Shown here: positions 28,136-36,030 of the stretch, one piece after another
How the letters are laid out: every line of letters starts with the position of its first letter
Numbering within the stretch: position 1 is the first letter of the stretch
DNA from: Bdellovibrionales bacterium
GTDB lineage: Bacteria; Bdellovibrionota; Bdellovibrionia; Bdellovibrionales; JAMPXM01
Reading direction: 5' to 3'
Assembly: GCA_043739185.1 (NCBI GenBank)
Contig: JAYUEN010000356.1
Coordinates: 1-36,030, forward strand
DNA length: 36,030 nucleotides
Program-made: the position numbers and the translations under genes
Notes under the pieces: generated by a model
The model's database searches: none
What the model saw: the letters and a program-made list of their open reading frames with translations, nothing else
What the model was told of the DNA's origin: nothing

Positions 28136-28628
28136 CTTGAGCGCTCAATTCTAAAAGCGTTTGAAAGTCTTTAGCGCTCACTGGCTGAATTGAAAGGCGT
28201 TGACCAGGTCTTAGTAACAAAAGCTCCTGAAGGCTTTTGTGGGCTTTGATTTTAGACAATTCGAGCAATCTCGAAAATCTTTTTACAAATTGAATTTCAA
28301 CGCAAAACCAAATTGGTTTTTCTTTGGTGGATTTAGGATCAAAGGCCTCGGATTTTTTATCAAAAGCACTTGGATCCGGCACCGCAAGACTTGCAACTTT
28401 CGCTAAGCCGGCAATTCCGGGGGGTTCAGCACTTGAATGATAAAAAAATACCTGATCGCCGGGGCGCATATCGGTGGTCATAAAATTTCTCGCCTGGTAA
28501 TTGCGCACACCAGTCCACAATGTCTTTTGATCTTTGCGAAGACAGTCAATCGAGTAGACGCTAGGTTCTGACTTCATCAGCCAAAATTTTGTTTGAGTTT
28601 GAATAGGCATCGGGACAAGCATTAACAT
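28128..28628 (-). CDS. EVE domain protein
   Basis: WLMKSEP, WTGVRNYQARN, FFYHS, RLSIQPV. Confidence 0.92.
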   Translation of the reverse strand: MLMLVPMPIQTQTKFWLMKSEPSVYSIDCLRKDQKTLWTGVRNYQARNFMTTDMRPGDQVFFYHSSAEPPGIAGLAKVASLAVPDPSAFDKKSEAFDPKSTKEKPIWFCVEIQFVKRFSRLLELSKIKAHKSLQELLLLRPGQRLSIQPVSAKDFQTLLELSAQVD

Positions 28629-28745
28629 ACTTCATCTCGAATTTGAAGCTTGATCACAGCATTTGCGCCTTGACATCCTGCAAGCCTCTTTTGAGACTAG
28701 AATGCTAAAAGGAATGAGCTAAAAATTCAATAAACAGGGGATGGT

Positions 28746-29321
28746 ATGATGTCGAAACTTTACTTATTCTTCCTAATATTTGCCTTGATTTTTTCAGGAC
28801 TTTTGAACTCAGAAAAAGTTTATGCCGCTGGGGCCGGAGGAATTGCTTTTCATCTTCCCATAGAATTTCGTACGCGAAATGTATCGGTCAATGGGGGCAG
28901 TTCAACGACCACGCAATACTTTAATATGATTCCTTCCCTTGGTTATCAATATTCAGATACGCTATTTTTGGGAGTCAATTATCACTATACCAATGAAACC
29001 GGAGGCACGTCATACAAAGGCGGAGTTTATGGTCCCTCACTTGGGATAACGGCTTCGAATTTTAATTTAAGTATTGCCTACTATGTGGGTGGCAGTCTCA
29101 CTGAGACCACCGGAGGTGCCGATACGGTTTATAGCAGCGGGAGTGGTCCGGAATTTTCTTTGGGTTATTTATTTCCTGCCTCAGGAAATTTTGCTTGGGG
29201 TCCGCAGTTTATTTATTCCGATATCAAGTATACTTCGACGCAATCAGGAGGGGTCACTTCTTCTTCAACTTATGAAATTACGGGCATCGAACCCTATATC
29301 GGATTGTTTTTTAATTTTTAA
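28746..29321 (+). CDS. Outer-membrane beta-barrel protein
   Basis: Signal peptide, amphipathic aromatic beta strands, C-terminal Phe. Confidence 0.75.
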   Translation: MMSKLYLFFLIFALIFSGLLNSEKVYAAGAGGIAFHLPIEFRTRNVSVNGGSSTTTQYFNMIPSLGYQYSDTLFLGVNYHYTNETGGTSYKGGVYGPSLGITASNFNLSIAYYVGGSLTETTGGADTVYSSGSGPEFSLGYLFPASGNFAWGPQFIYSDIKYTSTQSGGVTSSSTYEITGIEPYIGLFFNF

Positions 29322-29324
29322 AAG

Positions 29325-30113
29325 GTGATGAGTATGAAAAAAAAATGGGCCCTAGTAACCGGTGCCAGTTCAGGTTTTGGAAAGGCCATTGCTGAAAAAC
29401 TTGCCAGCGAGTCGATGAATATTATTTTAACCGGTAGGCGTTTAGAACGACTTCGTATACTTGCTTCGCAACTCGAAACAAATTTTAAAATTGAAACTAA
29501 AATATTAAATTTCGATATCGGAAAAAAGGCAGAGTGTGAAGCTAAATTTTTAGAGCTTGGGCCAATCGCAGATCAGCTTGAAGTTTTAGTCAATAATGCT
29601 GGCCTTGCATTGGGCGTAGATAAAATCCAAGAAGGAAAATTCGCGGATTGGGATGAAATGATTGATACGAATGTTAAGGGTCTTCTGTATCTAACCAGGC
29701 TTACGCTTCCACATATGATAGCTAAAAACTCAGGTCATATTGTCAATATTGGATCGGTTGCAGGCAGATGGACTTATCCGGGGGGAGCTATTTATTCAGC
29801 CACTAAGTTTGCAGTTCGAGGCATCACTGAAAGCATGCGGATGGATTTAATGGGAAAAAATATTCGCGTAACTAATATTGAGCCGGGAATGGCCGAGACC
29901 GAATTTTCTGAAGTTCGACTAGGCGATGCTAAAAAAGCTAAGCAAGTATATCAAGGAGTATCAGCGCTTTCAGCGCAAGACATTGCTGAGGCGGTGAGTT
30001 TTTGTGTGAACAGACCCAAGCACGTCAATGTTTCTGAACTGGTGATCTATCCAACGGCACAAGCTGGCGTGGGCCCAGCCTATCTACATCGGGAAGAGGG
30101 AGCTTTAAAATGA
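29325..30113 (+). CDS. SDR oxidoreductase (YdfG-like)
   Basis: [28 protein letters not shown]. Confidence 0.9.
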   Translation: MMSMKKKWALVTGASSGFGKAIAEKLASESMNIILTGRRLERLRILASQLETNFKIETKILNFDIGKKAECEAKFLELGPIADQLEVLVNNAGLALGVDKIQEGKFADWDEMIDTNVKGLLYLTRLTLPHMIAKNSGHIVNIGSVAGRWTYPGGAIYSATKFAVRGITESMRMDLMGKNIRVTNIEPGMAETEFSEVRLGDAKKAKQVYQGVSALSAQDIAEAVSFCVNRPKHVNVSELVIYPTAQAGVGPAYLHREEGALK

Positions 30114-31507
30114 CAAACGAAAAATTTAGAATCGAAAAAGACAGTATGGGAGAAATTGAAGTACCTGCTGATAAATATTGGGGAGCTCAAACTCAAAGGT
30201 CTCTTGAGCACTTCAAAATTGGCAGTGATCATTTTCCGCGTGAAATGATTCGCGCTCTTGGGGTTTTGAAAAAGAGCGCAGCTAAGACCAATTTGGGCTT
30301 GAAACTTTTGACTGAAAACAAAGCTAAATTTATTGTCGAAGCTGCCGATGAAGTCATAAGCGGAAAACTAGATTCCCACTTTCCTCTTGTCATCTGGCAA
30401 ACCGGAAGCGGCACGCAAACGAATATGAATGCCAATGAAGTCATTGCCAATCGCGCTCTTGAAATTATGGGTGAAAAGCTAGCGTCAAAAGCTATTCATC
30501 CAAATGATGATGTCAACAAGGCGCAATCTTCAAATGATACCTTTCCGACCGCCATGCACATTGCAGTGGCTGAACAAACAGTAAATAAATTAATTCCAAA
30601 CTTAAAAAACCTCCACCGAGCCTTTATTAAAAAACAACAAGAGTTTAAAAACATTGTTAAAATTGGCCGTACTCATTTGATGGATGCCACCCCGTTAACT
30701 CTCGGACAAGAATTCTCAGGATATAGCTTTCAGCTTGAGCAATCTATAGAGAGAATTCAATATGCTTTGGGGCATGTTTATGAGCTTGCTTTAGGCGGAA
30801 CCGCGGTTGGCACCGGGCTCAATACGCATCCTGAATTTGCAGTAAAGGCCGCAGCCGAAATTGCACGCGAAACCGGCCTGCCGTTTAAAACCTCACCAAA
30901 TAAATTCGCGGCCCTTGCGTCGCACGATGCTTTGGTGCAAATGAGCGGATCTTTAAAGACCTTAGCTTGCGCACTTATGAAAATTGCAAATGATATTCGA
31001 ATGCTCGGGAGCGGACCTCGAAGTGGAATTGGTGAATTGATTTTGCCCGCTAACGAACCCGGAAGTTCAATTATGCCCGGCAAGGTCAATCCAACTCAGT
31101 GTGAGGCTATGACGATGGTTTGCGCACAGGTAATTGGCAATGATATGGCCGTCGCAGTTGGCGGCGCCACCGGACATTTCGAGCTCAATGTATTTAAGCC
31201 CCTTATAGTTTTTAATGTATTAAATTCAGTTCGCTTACTAGCTGATGCTTGTTTGAGCTTTGAAAAACATTGTGTTGAAGGGATTGAGGCCAATGAGGCG
31301 GCGATTCAGAATCATTTAAATAATTCCTTGATGCTCGTAACTGCCTTGAATCCTCATATTGGTTATGACAATGCTGCGAAAGTGGCTAAATATGCTCACG
31401 AGAAGAATACGACCCTAAAGGCTGCAGCAGTTGCACTTAATTTAATGAATGAGAAAAAGTTTGACGAGTTGGTTCGTCCTGAAGAGATGATTGGGCCTTT
31501 AAAATAA
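30110..31507 (+). CDS. fumC: Class II fumarate hydratase
   Basis: [25 protein letters not shown] signature. Confidence 0.97.
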   Translation: MTNEKFRIEKDSMGEIEVPADKYWGAQTQRSLEHFKIGSDHFPREMIRALGVLKKSAAKTNLGLKLLTENKAKFIVEAADEVISGKLDSHFPLVIWQTGSGTQTNMNANEVIANRALEIMGEKLASKAIHPNDDVNKAQSSNDTFPTAMHIAVAEQTVNKLIPNLKNLHRAFIKKQQEFKNIVKIGRTHLMDATPLTLGQEFSGYSFQLEQSIERIQYALGHVYELALGGTAVGTGLNTHPEFAVKAAAEIARETGLPFKTSPNKFAALASHDALVQMSGSLKTLACALMKIANDIRMLGSGPRSGIGELILPANEPGSSIMPGKVNPTQCEAMTMVCAQVIGNDMAVAVGGATGHFELNVFKPLIVFNVLNSVRLLADACLSFEKHCVEGIEANEAAIQNHLNNSLMLVTALNPHIGYDNAAKVAKYAHEKNTTLKAAAVALNLMNEKKFDELVRPEEMIGPLK

Positions 31508-31540
31508 GGACCTCAAAGAAAAAAGAGAAGAAAGTTTAAA

Positions 31541-32437
31541 ATGGACGAAAAAATATTTGATGATCACAAATTGGATTGGATGAAAAATCCAGATATTCGT
31601 CCTTATGTATTTGTACGTCCTGAAAATCGCATTGAAAATCCGGGCGAGTTTCACTCTCAGGTAAAATGGTTTGGTAAACATCAAGTAGTTTATAAAAATC
31701 CCCTCAATATGGATGAAGTCAAATTTGCCGATCGTATCTTGCAGCTTGAGAGCAAGGCTTTTAGTGGCAGTAATATGGCAATGCCCAGATGGGTTTTTTA
31801 CGATTGCGCCATCGTGCCTGGTTTTGTCGCGGGCTTTGCCGCAAAAAAATCGGCTTTGCCGAAAATGGTGCTTGAAGCCCTTGAAGTTAATTTGAGCGAA
31901 GATGAAATTTGGGTGCCACTCTCACTTTTTATTATCATCCCGACAATGTCTCAAAAGGGTGAGTGGGTGGCGCATAATCTTTGTTCAGTTAATTCACTCT
32001 TAAAAAAAGAAGATCAGTTTCATGGGATTGGCTTTATCTCGAAGGCTTTTGGATTATGGTATGCCAATGTTCGCACCTGTTGCGGGATGACACAATGGAC
32101 ATCACCCTCAGTTAAATTACATGCAAACTATGGTGAGTTCGAAGTACTGACTTCCTTTACTCCTGTGCATACTTATGCTCGGACATTGACCTATAGACTC
32201 AAGGTGATTCCTGAACAATGGGATAGCTTTTTATCCAAAACAGATCGGCATAAAACGAAACAAAAACTTGAGTACGCAGGTTTTGATGTTGATCCAGAAG
32301 ATGAGGCAAGTTTGATTCGTTTTCAAAGACGACTCGAAAAGGGTGAAGGTCCTTTTTATCTCAATAGTCAAGAAACCAAGGCGAAGAGTCTCAAATCTAT
32401 TCATCGAATTTATTTACATGAAACGCCGTCGACATGA
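31541..32437 (+). CDS. Hypothetical protein, possible divergent GNAT fold
   Basis: 298-aa ORF in the operon; QFHGIG resembles the acetyl-CoA-binding QxxGxG motif. Confidence 0.7.
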   Translation: MDEKIFDDHKLDWMKNPDIRPYVFVRPENRIENPGEFHSQVKWFGKHQVVYKNPLNMDEVKFADRILQLESKAFSGSNMAMPRWVFYDCAIVPGFVAGFAAKKSALPKMVLEALEVNLSEDEIWVPLSLFIIIPTMSQKGEWVAHNLCSVNSLLKKEDQFHGIGFISKAFGLWYANVRTCCGMTQWTSPSVKLHANYGEFEVLTSFTPVHTYARTLTYRLKVIPEQWDSFLSKTDRHKTKQKLEYAGFDVDPEDEASLIRFQRRLEKGEGPFYLNSQETKAKSLKSIHRIYLHETPST

Positions 32438-33372
32438 AATCTAAGAAAAGGCGCAAACCAGTTGAAAAAGTAAAAGGCATTCCGGTTGTTCGTTTGGTGA
32501 ATCCCGACGGAAAAATGAATATTGTTCGTATTGGACTCAAGAGAAGAGCTGCGCAAGATATTTTCCACGCCTTGCTTCGTAAGAATTGGTTAGGCTTAGC
32601 ATTAAGTATTGCGGGCTTTATAATTATTTCAAATTTGATTTTTGCTTTTGTTTATTTTGAGCTCGGTGAAGTAATCGAAAATGCCCATAACTTTACAGAT
32701 GACTTTTTTTTCAGCGTAGAAACTATGGCAACAGTTGGTTACGGCTATATGAGGCCAATTGGGAATATGGCTAATTTAATGGCCTCAATTGAAGCCTTTT
32801 TTGGGCTCTTAACTTTCGCAGTGATTGCCGGCCTTATCTTTGCTAAGTTTTCAAAACCAACTGCCAAAATCATGTTTTCAAAGTCGGCAATAATAACAAT
32901 TCGCAATGGTCGAAAAGCTCTCATGTTTCGTATGGCCAATGAGAGAAATAATCAAATCATTGATGCCAATCTCAGGGCATCAATGATGCGCACCGAACGT
33001 ACTCAAGAAGGAGAAATGATTCGAAGCTTTAGTGATATGAGATTAGTGCGTTCGAGTGCTCCTATTTTTGCTTTAAGCTTTACCGCCGTTCACTTTATCG
33101 ATGAAGACAGTCCGCTCTATGGCGAAAGTCCAGAAAGCCTACTTGATCAAGATATTGAAATAGTTGTCACTTTTAATGGCGTCGATGAAGTCTTTTCGCA
33201 GATAATCTATGCGCGGCACTCTTATGTATTGAATGAGATCCATTGGGAGCATAAATTTGTTGATGTGATATCGATTACTCCTGATGGTTTTCGCTCACTC
33301 GACTTCACAAAGTTTCATTTGACGCAAAAGCAAGGAGTAGGTGAATTGCCTTCAAATCACAAATTAGTGTGA
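32434..33372 (+). CDS. Inward-rectifier potassium channel (KirBac family)
   Basis: FFFSVETMATVGYG selectivity filter, FAKFSKP, LMFRMANER, HFIDEDSPL. Confidence 0.93.
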   Translation: MKSKKRRKPVEKVKGIPVVRLVNPDGKMNIVRIGLKRRAAQDIFHALLRKNWLGLALSIAGFIIISNLIFAFVYFELGEVIENAHNFTDDFFFSVETMATVGYGYMRPIGNMANLMASIEAFFGLLTFAVIAGLIFAKFSKPTAKIMFSKSAIITIRNGRKALMFRMANERNNQIIDANLRASMMRTERTQEGEMIRSFSDMRLVRSSAPIFALSFTAVHFIDEDSPLYGESPESLLDQDIEIVVTFNGVDEVFSQIIYARHSYVLNEIHWEHKFVDVISITPDGFRSLDFTKFHLTQKQGVGELPSNHKLV

Positions 33373-33406
33373 CTTACTTGGTCCAAGCGTGCTAGTTTGA
33401 GGGGCT

Positions 33407-33841
33407 ATGAGTGAAGTTTTAAAAGAATTACCTGCCGTTGCCCGAAATGTCTCTTTAATGTGTAAGAAGTGTGGCGTAGAGCGCTTTCATGTCGTTCTGG
33501 CCCATACCAATAGCACAAGCGCCAAAGTTCAATGCGAAGTTTGTAAAGCAAAGAAGACTTTTAAGCTTGAAAAAGTAAAAACAGCAAAGCCCGCTGCAAA
33601 AAAGGCATTTGGCGCCAAAAAACCTGCCAAAAAAATTGATGCCGCAGCTGAATGGACAAAGCTTAAAGACCAAATTGGATTAGAAAAGCTGCAGCCCTAC
33701 AATATGAGAACAAAATTTTCAAATTCAGTTGCAATTGAACATCCAAAATTTGGAATTGGCTTTGTCTCAATGGTAACAAATGAAAAAATCGATGTGACTT
33801 TTCAAGAAGCCAGAATTTCATTGGTCCATAATCGGGCGTAA
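33407..33841 (+). CDS. Zinc-ribbon protein with Lys-rich linker and C-terminal Tudor-like (HPKFG) domain
   Basis: CKKC..CEVC, KPAAKK linker, EHPKFGIGFV. Confidence 0.75.
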   Translation: MSEVLKELPAVARNVSLMCKKCGVERFHVVLAHTNSTSAKVQCEVCKAKKTFKLEKVKTAKPAAKKAFGAKKPAKKIDAAAEWTKLKDQIGLEKLQPYNMRTKFSNSVAIEHPKFGIGFVSMVTNEKIDVTFQEARISLVHNRA

Positions 33842-33877
33842 GAACATACCTGAATAATGAGCCCTTAGGACTCAGTT

Positions 33878-34954
33878 ATGAAAGCATCTGAAATTAAGGT
33901 ACTGACCTACAACTGCTGGCATGCATTGACTGCCAAGAATTTGGTACAATTTCGCGAGCTTGAGCCTCTCGGCAGAAGACTTAAGCGCTACCAACTCCAA
34001 CTTGAAAAAATTAAAGAAATTGACGCTGATATTGTCTTTCTGCAAGAAGTTAGCCCAATTCATGATAGGCTTTTAAGCTTTGAATCCCTTGGCTACGAAG
34101 CTGTTATGCAAGTTGATCAAAGTGGAATAAAAGCCTTTGGTTTGGGGCTGCCAACAAATCTTTCAACTGGCATAATGATCCTAGCCAAGCCTGAATTTAA
34201 GATCAAAAAACTTTTCGGTCAGAAGTTAAGCGGTAATCCCGGATTTACCGGGGTCAACTTCAGCTTTCAATTGACTGAGAATCGATATGCACTTTTTGCG
34301 AGTTCTGAGCATCCTATTTTTGGCAGAACACTTTTTGCCTGTACGCATTTGCATCACGGGACTGAGAATAGCCCCTTGATTGAAGAGATGCTTGAACTAG
34401 CTGTAGGCGATAGGATTTTAAGTAGCGAGGAATGTGAAATCTCAAAATCCGAAATTCACGCAGCTGATTTGAGGCGAAGGAACGAACTCGATATTCTGTT
34501 TTCGGCGATGCATATTTTTGAAAAGAGTTTTGATCAAATTATCTTAGCTGGCGACTTTAACTCAAGTGAAAGCAGTAGTGCATATACCCAGATTTTATTT
34601 GAAAACTATATCGATACTTATCGAAGCGTGCATTCTTTAAATAGCGAAGCTTCCTACGCTGGCTTTACCTGGGATATTTCTGAAAATTCAAAAAATATTG
34701 GATACGGACATCAATTTGAGCTGCCAATGAGTTCGTTTGGGCGAACTCAGGTGAAAGAGCTATTCAATCGCTACAATGATCGTAAAAGGCGTATTGATTT
34801 TATCTTTTTAAAGAGCCTAAATAAAAAAGTCTCATCTCAAATTGGCGCTTCGGATCTAGTTAAATTAGGGGATCAAGATCAAGAGTTCTTTGGCTCAGAT
34901 CATTTCGGGGTATTGACTCGAATTGCGAAAGCAGGTGGTTCTGGTGAAAATTGA
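33878..34954 (+). CDS. Endonuclease/exonuclease/phosphatase (EEP) family protein
   Basis: LTYN, LQEV, THL, AGDFN, RIDFI, SDH. Confidence 0.9.
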   Translation: MKASEIKVLTYNCWHALTAKNLVQFRELEPLGRRLKRYQLQLEKIKEIDADIVFLQEVSPIHDRLLSFESLGYEAVMQVDQSGIKAFGLGLPTNLSTGIMILAKPEFKIKKLFGQKLSGNPGFTGVNFSFQLTENRYALFASSEHPIFGRTLFACTHLHHGTENSPLIEEMLELAVGDRILSSEECEISKSEIHAADLRRRNELDILFSAMHIFEKSFDQIILAGDFNSSESSSAYTQILFENYIDTYRSVHSLNSEASYAGFTWDISENSKNIGYGHQFELPMSSFGRTQVKELFNRYNDRKRRIDFIFLKSLNKKVSSQIGASDLVKLGDQDQEFFGSDHFGVLTRIAKAGGSGEN

Positions 34955-35261
34955 AAATACGATTCGCAAAAAGCTTGAGGACAAATTTCAGCCGACCTAT
35001 CTTGAGCTAGAAAATGAAAGTCATAAGCACCATGTTCCGCCGGGGAGCGAATCGCATTTTCGTTTGCTGCTTGTTTCTGATTTTTTTAAAGGCAAGAGCC
35101 GTGTTGAACGAGCTCGCATCGTGCATAGCCTCCTAGCTGAGGAACTTTCAGGCGGGGTTCATGCTCTTAGTGAGAGATTCTTTTCAAGTGAGGAATGGAG
35201 TAATCTCAATGATCAGCAGAAGTTAATGATTTCACCAAATTGTTTAAATCGAAGAGACTAG
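34944..35261 (+). CDS. bolA: BolA family protein
   Basis: ENESHKH..ESHF, RVERAR, GVHAL; GTG start at 34944. Confidence 0.88.
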   Translation: MKIENTIRKKLEDKFQPTYLELENESHKHHVPPGSESHFRLLLVSDFFKGKSRVERARIVHSLLAEELSGGVHALSERFFSSEEWSNLNDQQKLMISPNCLNRRD

Positions 35262-35274
35262 ATTTTTATTTGGC

Positions 35275-35436
35275 GATATCTGGGGAGATTCAGCGGCCGG
35301 CAAACTGCATTCAGTAAACGGCACCAGTGCCAGTATCAGTGCCAGAGGCTGACCCACTAAAAGCCGAAACGGCCAAGCAGTTAACCGCCCCTGCTGCCTT
35401 TGAAACTGCTCCTAAATGCTACCTGCCCAGTTTTTA
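35275..35436 (+). repeat. Dispersed intergenic repeat, copy 2 (uninterrupted)
   Basis: Aligns to minus strand 8427-8135 on both sides of the foldback insert; contains CAGTGCCAG twice. Confidence 0.85.
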
Positions 35437-35640
35437 GCGATCAAGCTCGGCGATTTGAACTTTTAATTTTGACAATAATTTTTTGGTTTCAGCAATAAGA
35501 TTTGAATCGCGACTAACTTTTCGTTTCTCGTCTGCGGGCTTAAGTTCTTTTGAGATGGCATCCCATTGGTTAAGAGCGGTTTCAAGCTCGAGCAAGGTAT
35601 TAGACAGTTTCTTAGTTTGAGGGCTTGGTTTCTTTTTCAT
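35434..35640 (-). CDS. Small helical/coiled-coil hypothetical protein
   Basis: 68-aa ORF with amphipathic helices filling the gap between genes. Confidence 0.55.
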   Translation of the reverse strand: MKKKPSPQTKKLSNTLLELETALNQWDAISKELKPADEKRKVSRDSNLIAETKKLLSKLKVQIAELDR

Positions 35641-35738
35641 CTGGATTCTTATTACTCTAAATATTCTGCCTACACTCAGTTTAACGAGGGGTCTTAAGCT
35701 TTTTTAAGTCGTTAAGATTGTCTTGCAATGCGCCTTGT

Positions 35739-35767
35739 TTGACAAGATAAAATCGGGGCTTCATAGT
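35739..35767 (+). promoter_or_regulatory. Putative sigma70 promoter of ettA
   Basis: TTGACA-N17-CATAGT. Confidence 0.4.
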
Positions 35768-35802
35768 GAGATTTTTCGATTGATTTATTGAAGGAGAGTT
35801 TT

Positions 35803-36030
35803 ATGGCTGAAGAAATTATATATACGATGAAGGGAGTGGGTAAAGTTTATCCACCCAATCGCTATGTCTTGAAAAATATTTATCTCTCTTATTTTTATGG
35901 TGCGAAAATTGGCGTTTTAGGTCTAAACGGATCAGGAAAATCAAGTCTGCTGCGAATTATGGCGGGCGAAGATCAAGATTTTTTAGGCGAAGCATTCCCG
36001 GCGCGAAATTTTAAAATCGGCTATTTGAAA
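35803..36030 (+). CDS. ettA: Energy-dependent translational throttle protein EttA (ABC-F), 3'-truncated; not in the supplied ORF track
   Basis: AAGGAG RBS; MAEEIIYTMKGVGKVYPP..LSYFYGAKIGVLGLNGSGKSSLLRIMAG. Confidence 0.9.
   Translation, partial: MAEEIIYTMKGVGKVYPPNRYVLKNIYLSYFYGAKIGVLGLNGSGKSSLLRIMAGEDQDFLGEAFPARNFKIGYLK

Noticed and set aside
33878..34954. EEP and EVE genes as a possible defence system
   Set aside because: Both lie in housekeeping-type operons with no partner nuclease, ATPase or methylase
35681..35715. TTAACGA..TCGTTAA hairpin
   Set aside because: Short, AT-rich, located in a divergent promoter gap with no supporting context

Overview
Gene-dense, AT-rich bacterial chromosomal segment. 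Gene content and protein style point to Bdellovibrionota (inference). Mostly housekeeping: rmuC, dprA, GT2-kdsA-lptF, trxA, mreC-mreD-mrdA-rodA without mreB (divergent from ppiD), purK-purE, two Dus paralogues, grxC, EVE, SDR, fumC, a Kir K+ channel, EEP hydrolase, bolA and the 5' end of ettA. Signalling-type genes include REC-J-domain-TPR, a pseudo-receiver, a membrane-anchored subtilase-PilZ fusion and an RsbW-like kinase/STAS pair. The strongest unexplained signal is non-coding. Two intergenic regions 27 kb apart (8135-8427 minus, 35275-35436 plus), each between convergent genes, are homologous (32/41 and 36/48 ungapped identities). The first carries an extra TA-flanked ~112-bp foldback insert that the second lacks. 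A solo IS200/RAYT-like Y1 HUH transposase with structured flanks and a further ~120-nt foldback element lie in the same window. The kdsA-like gene has altered substrate-selectivity motifs. No rRNA, tRNA or CRISPR array was recognised.
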